Shown one piece after another: positions 47,401-55,784 of a stretch of DNA of 64,000 bases. The notes under the pieces are model-generated. The model had not been told where the DNA came from and searched no databases. It saw only the letters and a list, made by a program, of their open reading frames with translations. This stretch comes from an uncultured Mollicutes bacterium (GTDB lineage: Bacteria > Bacillota_I > Bacilli_A > RFN20 > CAG-826), in contig UQXJ01000003.1 in NCBI GenBank assembly GCA_900545015.1, forward strand, positions 15,800 through 79,799. The letters run 5' to 3'. The translations under genes and the position numbers were made by a program. Every line of letters starts with the position of its first letter. The stretch's first letter is position 1.

Positions 47401-47455
47401 GTACTAAAAAAGTACTAATAATCTACTAATAAACTACTAGATATGTACTAAAATT
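47401..47455. repeat. 5 x 11-bp phased tandem repeat, core (G/C)TACTA(A/G)
   Basis: Cores start at 47401, 47412, 47423, 47434 and 47445, exactly 11 bp apart. Lies in the gap between convergent genes. Confidence 0.9.
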
Positions 47456-48185
47456 ATTTCAATTGGCGAAAAACTTCGCCAATTTTTTCATTTATTTCTA
47501 ATTTAATTTCTCTTGAAATTGGAAGGTGGTCTTTATTTATTACTACTATATTTCCACCATAGAAATAGTCAATTAATCCTGCTGCAGGATAAACATTTAA
47601 TGAAGTCCCTGCAACTATTAAAAGGTCTGCTTCTTGAAGAGCAATAACGGATCTAGCAATTATGTATTCGTTTAAAGGCTCTTCATATAAAACTACATTA
47701 GGCTTTATGACTCCACCGCATTTTGGGCAAATAGGAATGAAATCCTTTGAATTTTCTATAAAATCAAGTGGATAAGATCGACCACATTTTTCACAAAAAT
47801 TTCTATGAATAGAACCATGAAGTTCGATAACATTTTTACTTCCGGCCATTTGATGTAAGCCATCAATGTTTTGTGTAATGATAGTAATCTTTTTTCCTTC
47901 TTTTTCCTTCTTACTTAAATAGTTATGACAATCATTAGGCTTAGCATCTTTATTTATCATAAATTCTTTATAAAATTTAAAGAAATTTTCTGTATTATTT
48001 TCAAAATATGAGTGTGAAAGCATGACTTCATAAGGCACATCAAACTTTGATTTTAAAGAATATAATCCATCTTTGCTTCTAAAATCTTTTATGCCACTTT
48101 CGGTTGATACACCAGCTCCACCAAAGAAAACTATCTTCTTTGCATTGTCTATGAGCTCTTGGAGTTTTTCAATTTTATTTTCCAT
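47454..48185 (-). CDS. cobB: NAD-dependent protein deacylase, Sir2 family
   Basis: GAGVSTESGIKDFRS, QNIDGLH, Zn ribbon CEKCG...CPKCGG, HG.. Confidence 0.93.
   Translation of the reverse strand: MENKIEKLQELIDNAKKIVFFGGAGVSTESGIKDFRSKDGLYSLKSKFDVPYEVMLSHSYFENNTENFFKFYKEFMINKDAKPNDCHNYLSKKEKEGKKITIITQNIDGLHQMAGSKNVIELHGSIHRNFCEKCGRSYPLDFIENSKDFIPICPKCGGVIKPNVVLYEEPLNEYIIARSVIALQEADLLIVAGTSLNVYPAAGLIDYFYGGNIVVINKDHLPISREIKLEINEKIGEVFRQLK
47461..47488 (+). terminator. terminator of the amino-acid ABC operon, embedded in the 3' end of the convergent cobB CDS
   Basis: AATTGGCGAA-aaac-TTCGCCAATT followed by TTTTTT on the + strand. The same bases encode ..KIGEVFRQLK* on the - strand. Confidence 0.7.
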
Positions 48186-48269
48186 GGCAAATATTATAAA
48201 ACTTCAAAAATAAAATAAGCATATTTCTTTGTTTATAGATTAAAAAAATAATGCCATAATAATACGGAT

Positions 48270-48353
48270 GAATCAGTGGCGGAATGGTAGACGCGTTAGT
48301 TTCAGAAGCTAATGAAGAAATTCATGCAAGTTCAAGTCTTGTCTGGTTCACCA
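48270..48353 (+). tRNA. tRNA-Leu (anticodon CAG), class II with long variable arm, CCA encoded
   Basis: Acceptor GAATCAG/CTGGTTC. D arm GTGGCGGAATGGTAGACGC. Anticodon stem TTAGT/GCTAA with loop TTCAGAA. Variable arm TGAAGAAATTCATG. T arm GCAAG-TTCAAGT-CTTGT. Ends ACCA. Confidence 0.9.
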
Positions 48354-48367
48354 ACCTTATTAGAATC

Positions 48368-48395
48368 AATCCTGCGATAAAATGTAGGATTTTTT
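48368..48395 (+). terminator. tRNA terminator AATCCT/AGGATT + TTTTT
   Basis: 6-bp stem followed by a T-run, 15 nt after the CCA. Confidence 0.55.
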
Positions 48396-48450
48396 ATTTT
48401 TTACAAGAATTTAACATTACAAGTAGATTAAATATAGAATTTTCTATTAT

Positions 48451-48488
48451 AAAAATAAAACTATTATAAAAACTATCTTTATAATTTA
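48451..48488. repeat. direct repeat DR-L (aaaaataaaactattataaaaactatctttataattta)
   Basis: Identical to 49045-49083 apart from one extra A. Confidence 0.9.
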
Positions 48489-48490
48489 AG

Positions 48491-48540
48491 AAGTTAAGGG
48501 GGTATTTTTTGAAAAAATGAAAAATATACCCCCTTAACTT
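48491..48540. repeat. perfect 15-bp inverted repeat AAGTTAAGGGGGTAT / ATACCCCCTTAACTT (20-nt loop)
   Basis: Read directly from the sequence. Starts 2 nt after DR-L. Confidence 0.9.
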
Positions 48541-48613
48541 GATAAATACCCATTTAAAATGATGGTCAATTCCAATCCAGCAGAAATTACAAAAAATAAA
48601 TTATTAAAATCTC

Positions 48614-48630
48614 TTTTTGCAGTTACGTGG
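48614..48630. repeat. left arm of 17-bp long-range inverted repeat TTTTTGCAGTTACGTGG
   Basis: Perfect reverse complement of 49020-49036. Confidence 0.9.
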
Positions 48631-48910
48631 CGAAATTATTTAATTAAGCCCTATTTTTTACCATAAAATCCCTATATTGTAGCTTTTTATGTGTAGATAA
48701 TGCTCTTTCGATAAAAAGTGGGCTTTTTATTGATCTTCATCGAAGGTTGAAGAATAAACCAAGTAAGATTTAACTGATCTTGCAATTTCCCTACGTTGAA
48801 GTTCTTATGCCTTTTTAAAAACTCTCTAATTAAGCTGTGCATTTTATTAGTGATTCTTCACAATCGTAAAAATTATGATATTTTCTATCATTGTTGTCTT
48901 TCTTTTTCAT

Positions 48911-48973
48911 AGCGGTTGGGTATTCTGTTGAAGCCTACCACCCAACCGCTAAGAAAGATTAGTAGGCTTCAAC
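48911..48973. other. two mutually exclusive hairpins (A: 48911-48921/48940-48950; B: 48927-48938/48962-48973)
   Basis: AGCGGTTGGGT/ACCCAACCGCT and GTTGAAGCCTAC/GTAGGCTTCAAC. The 5' arm of B lies inside the loop of A. Confidence 0.8.
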
Positions 48974-49019
48974 AAAAATCTCACACTAATTATATCAGCA
49001 AGTTACTCAACTGCAATCA

Positions 49020-49036
49020 CCACGTAACTGCAAAAA
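49020..49036. repeat. right arm of 17-bp inverted repeat CCACGTAACTGCAAAAA
   Basis: Perfect reverse complement of 48614-48630. Confidence 0.9.
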
Positions 49037-49044
49037 AGGATATT

Positions 49045-49083
49045 AAAAATAAAACTATTATAAAAAACTATCTTTATAATTTA
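49045..49083. repeat. direct repeat DR-R
   Basis: Copy of 48451-48488 with a 1-nt insertion. Confidence 0.9.
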
Positions 49084-49241
49084 TGATTTGAAAAAATAAG
49101 TGAAACCATGGATATTTTAAATTTACAAGATCGCATTAATCTAAAAAATGACAAAGATATTATCATTAGTAAACTTTGGGATACTTTTTAATTTTTCCTT
49201 TACTTAAAAATATAAATAAAACCTCTAAGTAAAATTTTTAA

Positions 49242-49271
49242 TTACAAATTTAACTTAAAGCAATTTATAAT
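49242..49271 (+). promoter_or_regulatory. candidate promoter TTACAA -18- TATAAT for fic
   Basis: Hexamers read directly. The RBS AAAGGAG lies 11 nt before ATG 49300. Confidence 0.5.
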
Positions 49272-49299
49272 ATGTTTAAGTAAAGGAGAAATACATATT

Positions 49300-50454
49300 A
49301 TGATGAGATTATATTCCGATAGAGCTGGCTTTATCTATCATGTTCAATCAGATTATGATTGCTTTGTTCCAAAACCATTAGATGAAATTACTCTGAATTA
49401 CGATAAGGAGTTAATAAATTTATTAAGTGAAGCAAATAATCTAATTGGAAAATTAGATGGAATTGCTATTAATTTACCAGACAGGGATATTTTTATCTCT
49501 AAATATGTTGAGAAAGAAGCTGTTTTGTCTTCACAAATCGAAGGAACGCAAGCTTCATTATCTGATGTATTTCAATTCAATAAAATTAATGGAGAAAAAA
49601 GAAAAGAGACAGAAGAAATAGTAAATTATACGCGCGCATTAAATTACGGAATAAAACTTTTAGGAAAATTACCTATTTCAATAAGATATTTTAAGGAACT
49701 TCATAATATATTATTAGAAGGAGTTAGGGGTGAAAATAAAAATTCAGGTGAAATAAGACATTCACAAAATTGGATTGGACCGAAAGGGTGCACATTAGCT
49801 AATGCTTCGTTTGTACCACCGTCAGTTGATCTAATGAACCAAGCTTTGTATAAACTCGAAAAATATATGAATGAAGATTGTAATGTTGATGCATTACTAC
49901 GAATTGGCTTGATACATTATCAATTTGAAACTATTCATCCTTTTTTAGATGGGAATGGTAGACTTGGTAGATTATTAATTTCACTTTGGTTATACAATTT
50001 TAATTATTTAAAATACCCTTTACTCTATTTAAGCTTATATTTTAAGCAAAATAGAACCGAATATTATGGATTACTGATGGACGTTCGATTTAAAGGAAAA
50101 TATGAAGAATGGCTTAAATTTTTCTTAAGAGGCATTATTGAAATGGCTAATAACTCTATTCTTACAATAAAAAGAATTACTTCACTTAAAAAGAAAATCG
50201 AATATAGCATTTATGAATTAAAAGCAAAAAATAAAGACAATTTAATTTCTTCAATTAATTTTATTTTTAAACATCCATATTTTGATTCAAATGATTTAAG
50301 AGAATATTTAAATATTTCTAAACCTACAGTTTCTAATATTATTGGAACTCTATGTAAATTAAACGTTGTTTCTCCGACATCAAATAAGCAAAGATACATT
50401 ACATATAAATTTGATGAGTATATTACAATTTTAGAAGAAGGAACTGAAATTTAA
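49300..50454 (+). CDS. fic: Fic-family protein (AMPylase-type) with N-terminal inhibitory-helix motif and C-terminal wHTH-like region
   Basis: Fic motif HPFLDGNGRLGR. Upstream SSQIEG fits the [ST]xxxE[GN] inhibitory motif. Confidence 0.92.
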   Translation: MMRLYSDRAGFIYHVQSDYDCFVPKPLDEITLNYDKELINLLSEANNLIGKLDGIAINLPDRDIFISKYVEKEAVLSSQIEGTQASLSDVFQFNKINGEKRKETEEIVNYTRALNYGIKLLGKLPISIRYFKELHNILLEGVRGENKNSGEIRHSQNWIGPKGCTLANASFVPPSVDLMNQALYKLEKYMNEDCNVDALLRIGLIHYQFETIHPFLDGNGRLGRLLISLWLYNFNYLKYPLLYLSLYFKQNRTEYYGLLMDVRFKGKYEEWLKFFLRGIIEMANNSILTIKRITSLKKKIEYSIYELKAKNKDNLISSINFIFKHPYFDSNDLREYLNISKPTVSNIIGTLCKLNVVSPTSNKQRYITYKFDEYITILEEGTEI

Positions 50455-50605
50455 TAAGAGCGAAAATTAGCTTTAGGTTGTTTTATTTTGAGATTTTGAT
50501 AAAAACAATAATTTGGTTTCAATTAGAATTTTATTTTTATGTTAAAGAGGGATTTAAATTAAAGTAAGTCTTTAATTTTTCGTTTCAATTACGTATGAAT
50601 TTTTT

Positions 50606-50690
50606 AAAATCTCACTGAATGAAAATACAAAATCTCACTGAATAAAAATACAAAATCTCACTGAATAAAAATACAAAATCTCACTGAATG
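50606..50690. repeat. 4 x 23-bp tandem direct repeat (AAAATCTCACTGAAT[G/A]AAAATAC)
   Basis: Core AAAATCTCACTGAAT recurs with an exact 23-bp period (T of ATCTC at 50610, 50633, 50656, 50679). The array ends 4 bp before the -35. Confidence 0.92.
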
Positions 50691-50693
50691 TAA

Positions 50694-50722
50694 TTGAAGT
50701 TGTTATATCTTTTCTTTATAAT
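50694..50722 (+). promoter_or_regulatory. promoter TTGAAG -17- TATAAT
   Basis: Near-consensus hexamers with 17-bp spacing, 18 nt upstream of ATG 50740. Confidence 0.65.
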
Positions 50723-50739
50723 AAATACGAGGGAAAAGC

Positions 50740-52014
50740 ATGAATAATAAAGACTATAAAAAAAGAATAATCGACGAGACTTTAAAAAAGTATTTAGAAA
50801 CCTTTGGTGCATTATTGATTGAAGGACCAAAATGGTGTGGTAAAACCTGGACAGGCAGCAATGCATCTAACAGTGTATTTCTGTTGGCTGACCCTAAAAA
50901 TAATTTCAACAATAAGCAAATTGCTCTTCTTAATCCTGATATAGTTTTAAATGGTGACAACCCTAGATTAATTGATGAATGGCAAGAAGTGCCATCTTTA
51001 TGGGATGCTGTTAGAGGAAGAGTAGACGAAAGCGCAAAAAAAGGCCAATTTATTCTTACTGGTTCATCAGCTGTTGATAAAAGCAAATATATCCATTCAG
51101 GAACTGGAAGAATAGCTCATTTAAAGATGAGGACAATGTCTTTATATGAAAGTGGCTTTTCTGATGGTGTTATTTCTTTAAAAGATATCTGCTATGGAAC
51201 AGCAATTGATTGCTTAACACAAAATGCTTCATTAGATAAACTTATCGACTGTGTCTTGATTGGAGGCTGGCCATCTACTATTGGGATGAGCGTTGATCAA
51301 TCAATTATAGTAGCAAAAGAATACATTAAATCTGTTTTAAATGAAGATATCTATAAGGTTGACAATATTAAGAGAGATAAACACAAGGTTGAATTATTAT
51401 TAAAATCATTAGCGAGAAATGAAGCAACAACTGTAACAAATAAAACCTTAAAAAATGATATTAAAGAAAAAGATTATGACGATGTAGACGCTAATACTAT
51501 TACGAATTATTTAAATTTATTAAACGATTTATATTTAGTTGAAAATATACCTCCATATTCTTCAAGAATTCGTTCATCTTTAAGAGTTAAACAAAGTGAA
51601 AAAAGACATTTTGTGGATCCTTCTTTACCTTGTGCAATTTTGCATTTAACAAAAGATAAATTATTAAATGACTTAAATTATTTTGGTTTTCTTTTTGAAT
51701 CTATGGTTGAAAGAGACTTATTGACTTATGTCGATTCTTTTAATGCAAAGTTATATCACTATCAAGACTATGCAAATAACGAAATTGACGCTGTTATTGA
51801 ATTAGAAGATTCTTCATGGTGTGGATTTGAAATAAAATTAGGTGCCAATCAAATTGATGAAGCAGCTAAAAATCTTGTTAGAATCAACAATAAGATAATT
51901 GAAGATGGTGGGAAACCAGCAAAATCACTATGTGTTATTTGTGGTTTAGTTAATGCTGCCTATAGGCGTCCAGATGGAGTTTACGTTGTTCCTTTCATGT
52001 CTTTAAAAAACTAA
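50740..52014 (+). CDS. AAA+ ATPase (AAA_14/DUF4143 type, COG1373-like) with C-terminal PD-(D/E)xK-like motif
   Basis: Walker A GPKWCGKT, Walker B LIDEWQ. C-terminal ..NEIDAVIEL...GFEIKLG (D..ExK pattern). Confidence 0.85.
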   Translation: MNNKDYKKRIIDETLKKYLETFGALLIEGPKWCGKTWTGSNASNSVFLLADPKNNFNNKQIALLNPDIVLNGDNPRLIDEWQEVPSLWDAVRGRVDESAKKGQFILTGSSAVDKSKYIHSGTGRIAHLKMRTMSLYESGFSDGVISLKDICYGTAIDCLTQNASLDKLIDCVLIGGWPSTIGMSVDQSIIVAKEYIKSVLNEDIYKVDNIKRDKHKVELLLKSLARNEATTVTNKTLKNDIKEKDYDDVDANTITNYLNLLNDLYLVENIPPYSSRIRSSLRVKQSEKRHFVDPSLPCAILHLTKDKLLNDLNYFGFLFESMVERDLLTYVDSFNAKLYHYQDYANNEIDAVIELEDSSWCGFEIKLGANQIDEAAKNLVRINNKIIEDGGKPAKSLCVICGLVNAAYRRPDGVYVVPFMSLKN

Positions 52015-52202
52015 TATTTCGAAATGACGAAACTTATTTTTTAGGTAAAAATTGTCAACAATTAAAAGAAACTAGGAAATTATTTTGCAATTTTAGACTA
52101 AAATCAGTATTTCGACTTACAAATTGAAAAATAAAAAAATATATTAAGAGGCATTAATTAATAATTGTCTGATTTTTTAGTTTTTAATAAAATATATTCA
52201 AG

Positions 52203-54359
52203 ATGAGGGGTGAGAGAGAAAACGAAATTTATTCATCTAATGAAGACAATAAGTACGAAGAGTATTCTCTTTTTCCTGCGGAAGATTATAAAGTAAAAGA
52301 AATATTAAAAGAAGATAAAGAAAATTTTAAAGTTGATGAATTTTCTTTAGGAGAAGCACCTAAAAAAGAAGAAAAAGAGAGAATTAGTAATTTTGATAAA
52401 TTAAAAGATAATATTATTTCTCACACACCTGTAGTCGCAACAACTACATTAATTGGCGTTGTTGGAGCTTCAGTTCTTGGGTTTGTGCCTGGTGTAAGTG
52501 AAGAAATTAATTCAAAAAATCCATTTGGTACTGTAATTACTGATTCACTTGTTGATAATTCTTCATTTCACGAAATCTCCATTGAAGGAGATATGGAAGT
52601 TAGTAAAGATGTTTTACGTTATTATGCTTTAATAGAAGAATACGATGAAGAAGATAAAAAAGAAGAGTATTATGCTGAATTAAATTTTGAGAATAATCAT
52701 TTTTCATTTAGCACTGGAGCATTTTATGGCATTAAATCATATAGCTATAAAATCCTTGCTTTTAATGGAAGTGAAGCAGAAAATGCTATTTATTTTTCTT
52801 CAATAATTCCTTTTTCTTTCGACCAAAGCTATCGAGGAGATTATAAAAAATTAAAACCAACTGAAGCAAAAATCACATTTAGTGATAGTGATTCTTATAA
52901 AGTTGAAATTGATACTGAATTTCAAAGTCCTTACCCTGATATTTTTCAATATGAAGTTTCTGCTGTAACTAGAAATGGAGAAATTCTTGATAAATATGTT
53001 GGAGCTGATTCTTTAGTAACACTTAATGTTCCTTATGGAGAAGATCTTTATTTTTTATATAAAGATGTTTCTTATTTTGCTAATGATGAAATTATAAGCG
53101 ATCAATATATGACTTCTGATTATAGTGTCGTTTCTCTTCCTAATTTTTATTTTGATAATGAATTTGGATTTGATGGAACAAATTTCACGTTGTCATATCA
53201 TTTTGATACGGTTTATGAAAAAAATAACTTTAAATTAAATCTTCATTTAGATAATGAAAACGTAATTAAAGAGAAGACACTTGAAAAAATAAATAACGAA
53301 GGAACGATTGTTCTTAATGATTATAATGAGGAAATAGGAGATTTATCCGTATCAGGTGAACTTGAATTTAAAGACGATAAATTAGATAACTATGTTCACA
53401 AAGTTCCAATTATTAATAATAATTACGATATGAGATATCGACTTGAAGTGACATCATTAAGAGCAAATCTTATTGATGTAACAGATTACATTCCTTTAAA
53501 TTTTGAATTTAATTATCTTCTTCCTAATGATTATTCAATTGCTATTTATAATGAAGATAGGTCTATTGATGAAAAAATAGCATTAAAAGATTCATATTCT
53601 TTAAAAAAGATTACTTCTTTAGACGGGGGAACTATAAGTGTTTCTATTCTTAAGCCTGATGGCACAGAATTAAGAAAAGTAGGAGATTACATAATTCATA
53701 GTTTAGCTGAAGTAAAAAGTACATTTGTAGAACCAACAATTACTAATTATGTTAATCCAGGCGATTCAGTTGTAACTTATAATGAAGATAATACAGTTAA
53801 TATTTATCGAAAAGTAGGATTTTCTTCAGGTGATTCTAATATTTATTTAGATACAATGATTTATGAAACTATGTATGAAAACCCTTCAACTGGTGAAATT
53901 CGATATTTAAATGCAAAGCATAGCAAAACAACTGGCACATATTCAATTATGGAAAATCTAACTGCATTTGATTATCGCTTTATCTATTTTATTGATTATG
54001 AAAAGGACGGCGTAATTTATGAAATGAATAAAGAAGAGCCTTCTGGAACTTTAAATTTGAGTAATAGAGCGCCTGTTAGACTTGAAGTAGGGTATGATGA
54101 AACAAGCGATTCAACAAAAATTATTGTCTATAATGATTCGTATTTTAATATTATAAATTCAATTATAATTGACAGAAATTATTATTATTTTACTGATTAT
54201 ACAAAAAAAGCTAATTCTTATATTGCTTTAATTCCAGGTAATGTCAAAAATAAAATTATTGAATTAAGCATGACATTGTACGATGACAACTATGATTCTT
54301 ATTCTATCGACTGCAACCTAAAAGGTGATCGATATAAAACATATTCTTTTAATATTTAA
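52203..54359 (+). CDS. hypothetical single-pass membrane protein, large beta-rich ectodomain (718 aa)
   Basis: Acidic, K-rich N-terminal 75 aa, one TM (TPVVATTTLIGVVGASVLGFVPGV), then about 620 aa rich in Y/N/D/F with no recognised motif. There is no clear SD, so the start is uncertain. Confidence 0.6.
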   Translation: MRGERENEIYSSNEDNKYEEYSLFPAEDYKVKEILKEDKENFKVDEFSLGEAPKKEEKERISNFDKLKDNIISHTPVVATTTLIGVVGASVLGFVPGVSEEINSKNPFGTVITDSLVDNSSFHEISIEGDMEVSKDVLRYYALIEEYDEEDKKEEYYAELNFENNHFSFSTGAFYGIKSYSYKILAFNGSEAENAIYFSSIIPFSFDQSYRGDYKKLKPTEAKITFSDSDSYKVEIDTEFQSPYPDIFQYEVSAVTRNGEILDKYVGADSLVTLNVPYGEDLYFLYKDVSYFANDEIISDQYMTSDYSVVSLPNFYFDNEFGFDGTNFTLSYHFDTVYEKNNFKLNLHLDNENVIKEKTLEKINNEGTIVLNDYNEEIGDLSVSGELEFKDDKLDNYVHKVPIINNNYDMRYRLEVTSLRANLIDVTDYIPLNFEFNYLLPNDYSIAIYNEDRSIDEKIALKDSYSLKKITSLDGGTISVSILKPDGTELRKVGDYIIHSLAEVKSTFVEPTITNYVNPGDSVVTYNEDNTVNIYRKVGFSSGDSNIYLDTMIYETMYENPSTGEIRYLNAKHSKTTGTYSIMENLTAFDYRFIYFIDYEKDGVIYEMNKEEPSGTLNLSNRAPVRLEVGYDETSDSTKIIVYNDSYFNIINSIIIDRNYYYFTDYTKKANSYIALIPGNVKNKIIELSMTLYDDNYDSYSIDCNLKGDRYKTYSFNI

Positions 54360-54378
54360 ATTAAGGAGGAAAAGAATT

Positions 54379-55422
54379 ATGGAAAAGAAAAAAATGAAAG
54401 TGAGCACGTTAATTTCAACAATTTTGCTTAGCTTAGTTTTCTTTATGTTTCTTTTGACCTGCATTTTACAATTAGCTCTTCCAGAAACGAATGCTTTTGT
54501 AATTTGGTCAAAAGAAAATGTCGTTGATTTAAGTTTGATTCCAGGTATGCTTCAAGAAAACTACAAAGTTTTTATTCATTGCTTAATCTTGATTGCGTTA
54601 GTCCTTGCTTTATCAAAATTAGCAAGATTAATCTTTAAAAACATCATGCAACGTTCAAATCGAGCAAAAACAGTTATTACATTACTTGATGGACTTGTAA
54701 AATACGGAAGTGCAATTGCTTTATTTTTCCTTGTTTTAAATGCGTTTGGTGTGAACACAAAAGCTATTTGGGAATCAGTTGGAGTTATAACTCTTATTAT
54801 TGGACTTGGTGCACAATCTCTTATTGCTGATATTATCGCTGGTGTCTTTATTATTTTTGAAAATGAATATGATGTTGGCGAAATTGTTTCAATTGATGGC
54901 TTTAGAGGAACAATATCAGAAATCGGAATCAGAGCAACAAAGATTACTGATGCTGCTGGAAACATCAAAATTATTAACAATTCAGATATTAAAAATGTTG
55001 TTAATCTTTCTCGTGAATTATCATTAGCGGTCGTTGATTGTGAAGTAAGTTATGATGTTCCTATTGAACTCGTAGAAAAAATATTAAAAGATAACCTCCC
55101 TGCTATGAAAGAAAAGATTCCTCAAATCATTGAAGGCCCTTTTTATAAAGGTGTTTCTGAATATGGAACAAGCAATGTTGTTTTAAAGCTTTTTGCTAAA
55201 TGTAAAGAAGAAGATCGCTTCCAAGTTCAAAGAGATATTTTAAGAGAATATCATCGTGTCTTCTTAGAAAATGGTATTGATTTTGACTATGAACGTTTTG
55301 TAATTGAAAAGAAAGAGAAAAAAGAATATCACGTTCCTGAAAGTACAAAAGAACAAGCTGAAAGCTTTGTAGAAGAACAAAAAACTGCATCTTCAGGACT
55401 GGAAGAACAAGAGAAAAATTAA
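54379..55422 (+). CDS. mechanosensitive channel, MscS family
   Basis: ATG 54379 follows AAGGAGG. TM helices followed by LIADIIAGVFIIFENEYDVGEIVSIDGFRGTISEIGIRATKI, typical of the MscS pore/beta domain. Confidence 0.9.
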   Translation: MEKKKMKVSTLISTILLSLVFFMFLLTCILQLALPETNAFVIWSKENVVDLSLIPGMLQENYKVFIHCLILIALVLALSKLARLIFKNIMQRSNRAKTVITLLDGLVKYGSAIALFFLVLNAFGVNTKAIWESVGVITLIIGLGAQSLIADIIAGVFIIFENEYDVGEIVSIDGFRGTISEIGIRATKITDAAGNIKIINNSDIKNVVNLSRELSLAVVDCEVSYDVPIELVEKILKDNLPAMKEKIPQIIEGPFYKGVSEYGTSNVVLKLFAKCKEEDRFQVQRDILREYHRVFLENGIDFDYERFVIEKKEKKEYHVPESTKEQAESFVEEQKTASSGLEEQEKN

Positions 55423-55463
55423 TTTTTGTACGATGATAATCGTGTAATTTAATTTATTAAAAT

Positions 55464-55497
55464 TAGAGTAGGATTAAAAATGTTCTACTCTATTTTT
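55464..55497 (+). terminator. rho-independent terminator
   Basis: TAGAGTAG...CTACTCTA followed by TTTTT. Confidence 0.7.
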
Positions 55498-55665
55498 GTA
55501 GTTTGGCTGTTTTAGGTGTTTCAAAGTGAAAACTTTTATATTGAAAAGCCACTTTAATAAAAGAACAACTTTATTTAAACTTAAATTATCAATAAGCGGA
55601 GTAATCCTCAAATATTCAAAATATTTTGAACACTTTTAGGTAAAATCACTTTTTTACTCAACAAT

Positions 55666-55747
55666 TTGCGATTTTCGGCATTTCGGCTATTTCAAAAATT
55701 GCGATTTTCGGCATTTTAGTCGTTTTAAAAATTGCGATTTTCGGCAT
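55666..55747. repeat. 3 x 33-bp tandem direct repeat, core TTGCGATTTTCGGCAT
   Basis: Cores at 55666, 55699 and 55732, an exact 33-bp period. The third copy supplies the -35 hexamer. Confidence 0.92.
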
Positions 55748-55760
55748 AAAGCGTTATAAT
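55732..55760 (+). promoter_or_regulatory. promoter TTGCGA -17- TATAAT
   Basis: The hexamers and 17-bp spacing were read directly. The GGAGG RBS is at 55772-55776. Confidence 0.6.
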
Positions 55761-55784
55761 CAAGAAAAAATGGAGGTTTTATCA

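Noticed and set aside
48284-48469. 61-aa ORF overlapping the tRNA-Leu.
   Set aside because: Its 5' half is the tRNA gene itself, so it is an artefact of ORF calling.
49108-49191. 27-codon ORF (MDILNLQDRINLKNDKDIIISKLWDTF) upstream of fic, considered as a VbhA-like antitoxin.
   Set aside because: It contains no [ST]xxxE[GN] inhibitory motif and has no SD. The Fic protein carries its own internal inhibitory motif, so no separate antitoxin is required.
50606-55747. The 23-bp and 33-bp repeat arrays, considered as CRISPR arrays.
   Set aside because: There are only 3-4 units. The inter-core 'spacers' are 8-17 nt and similar to one another, so these are plain tandem repeats. No cas genes are nearby, and both arrays abut promoters.
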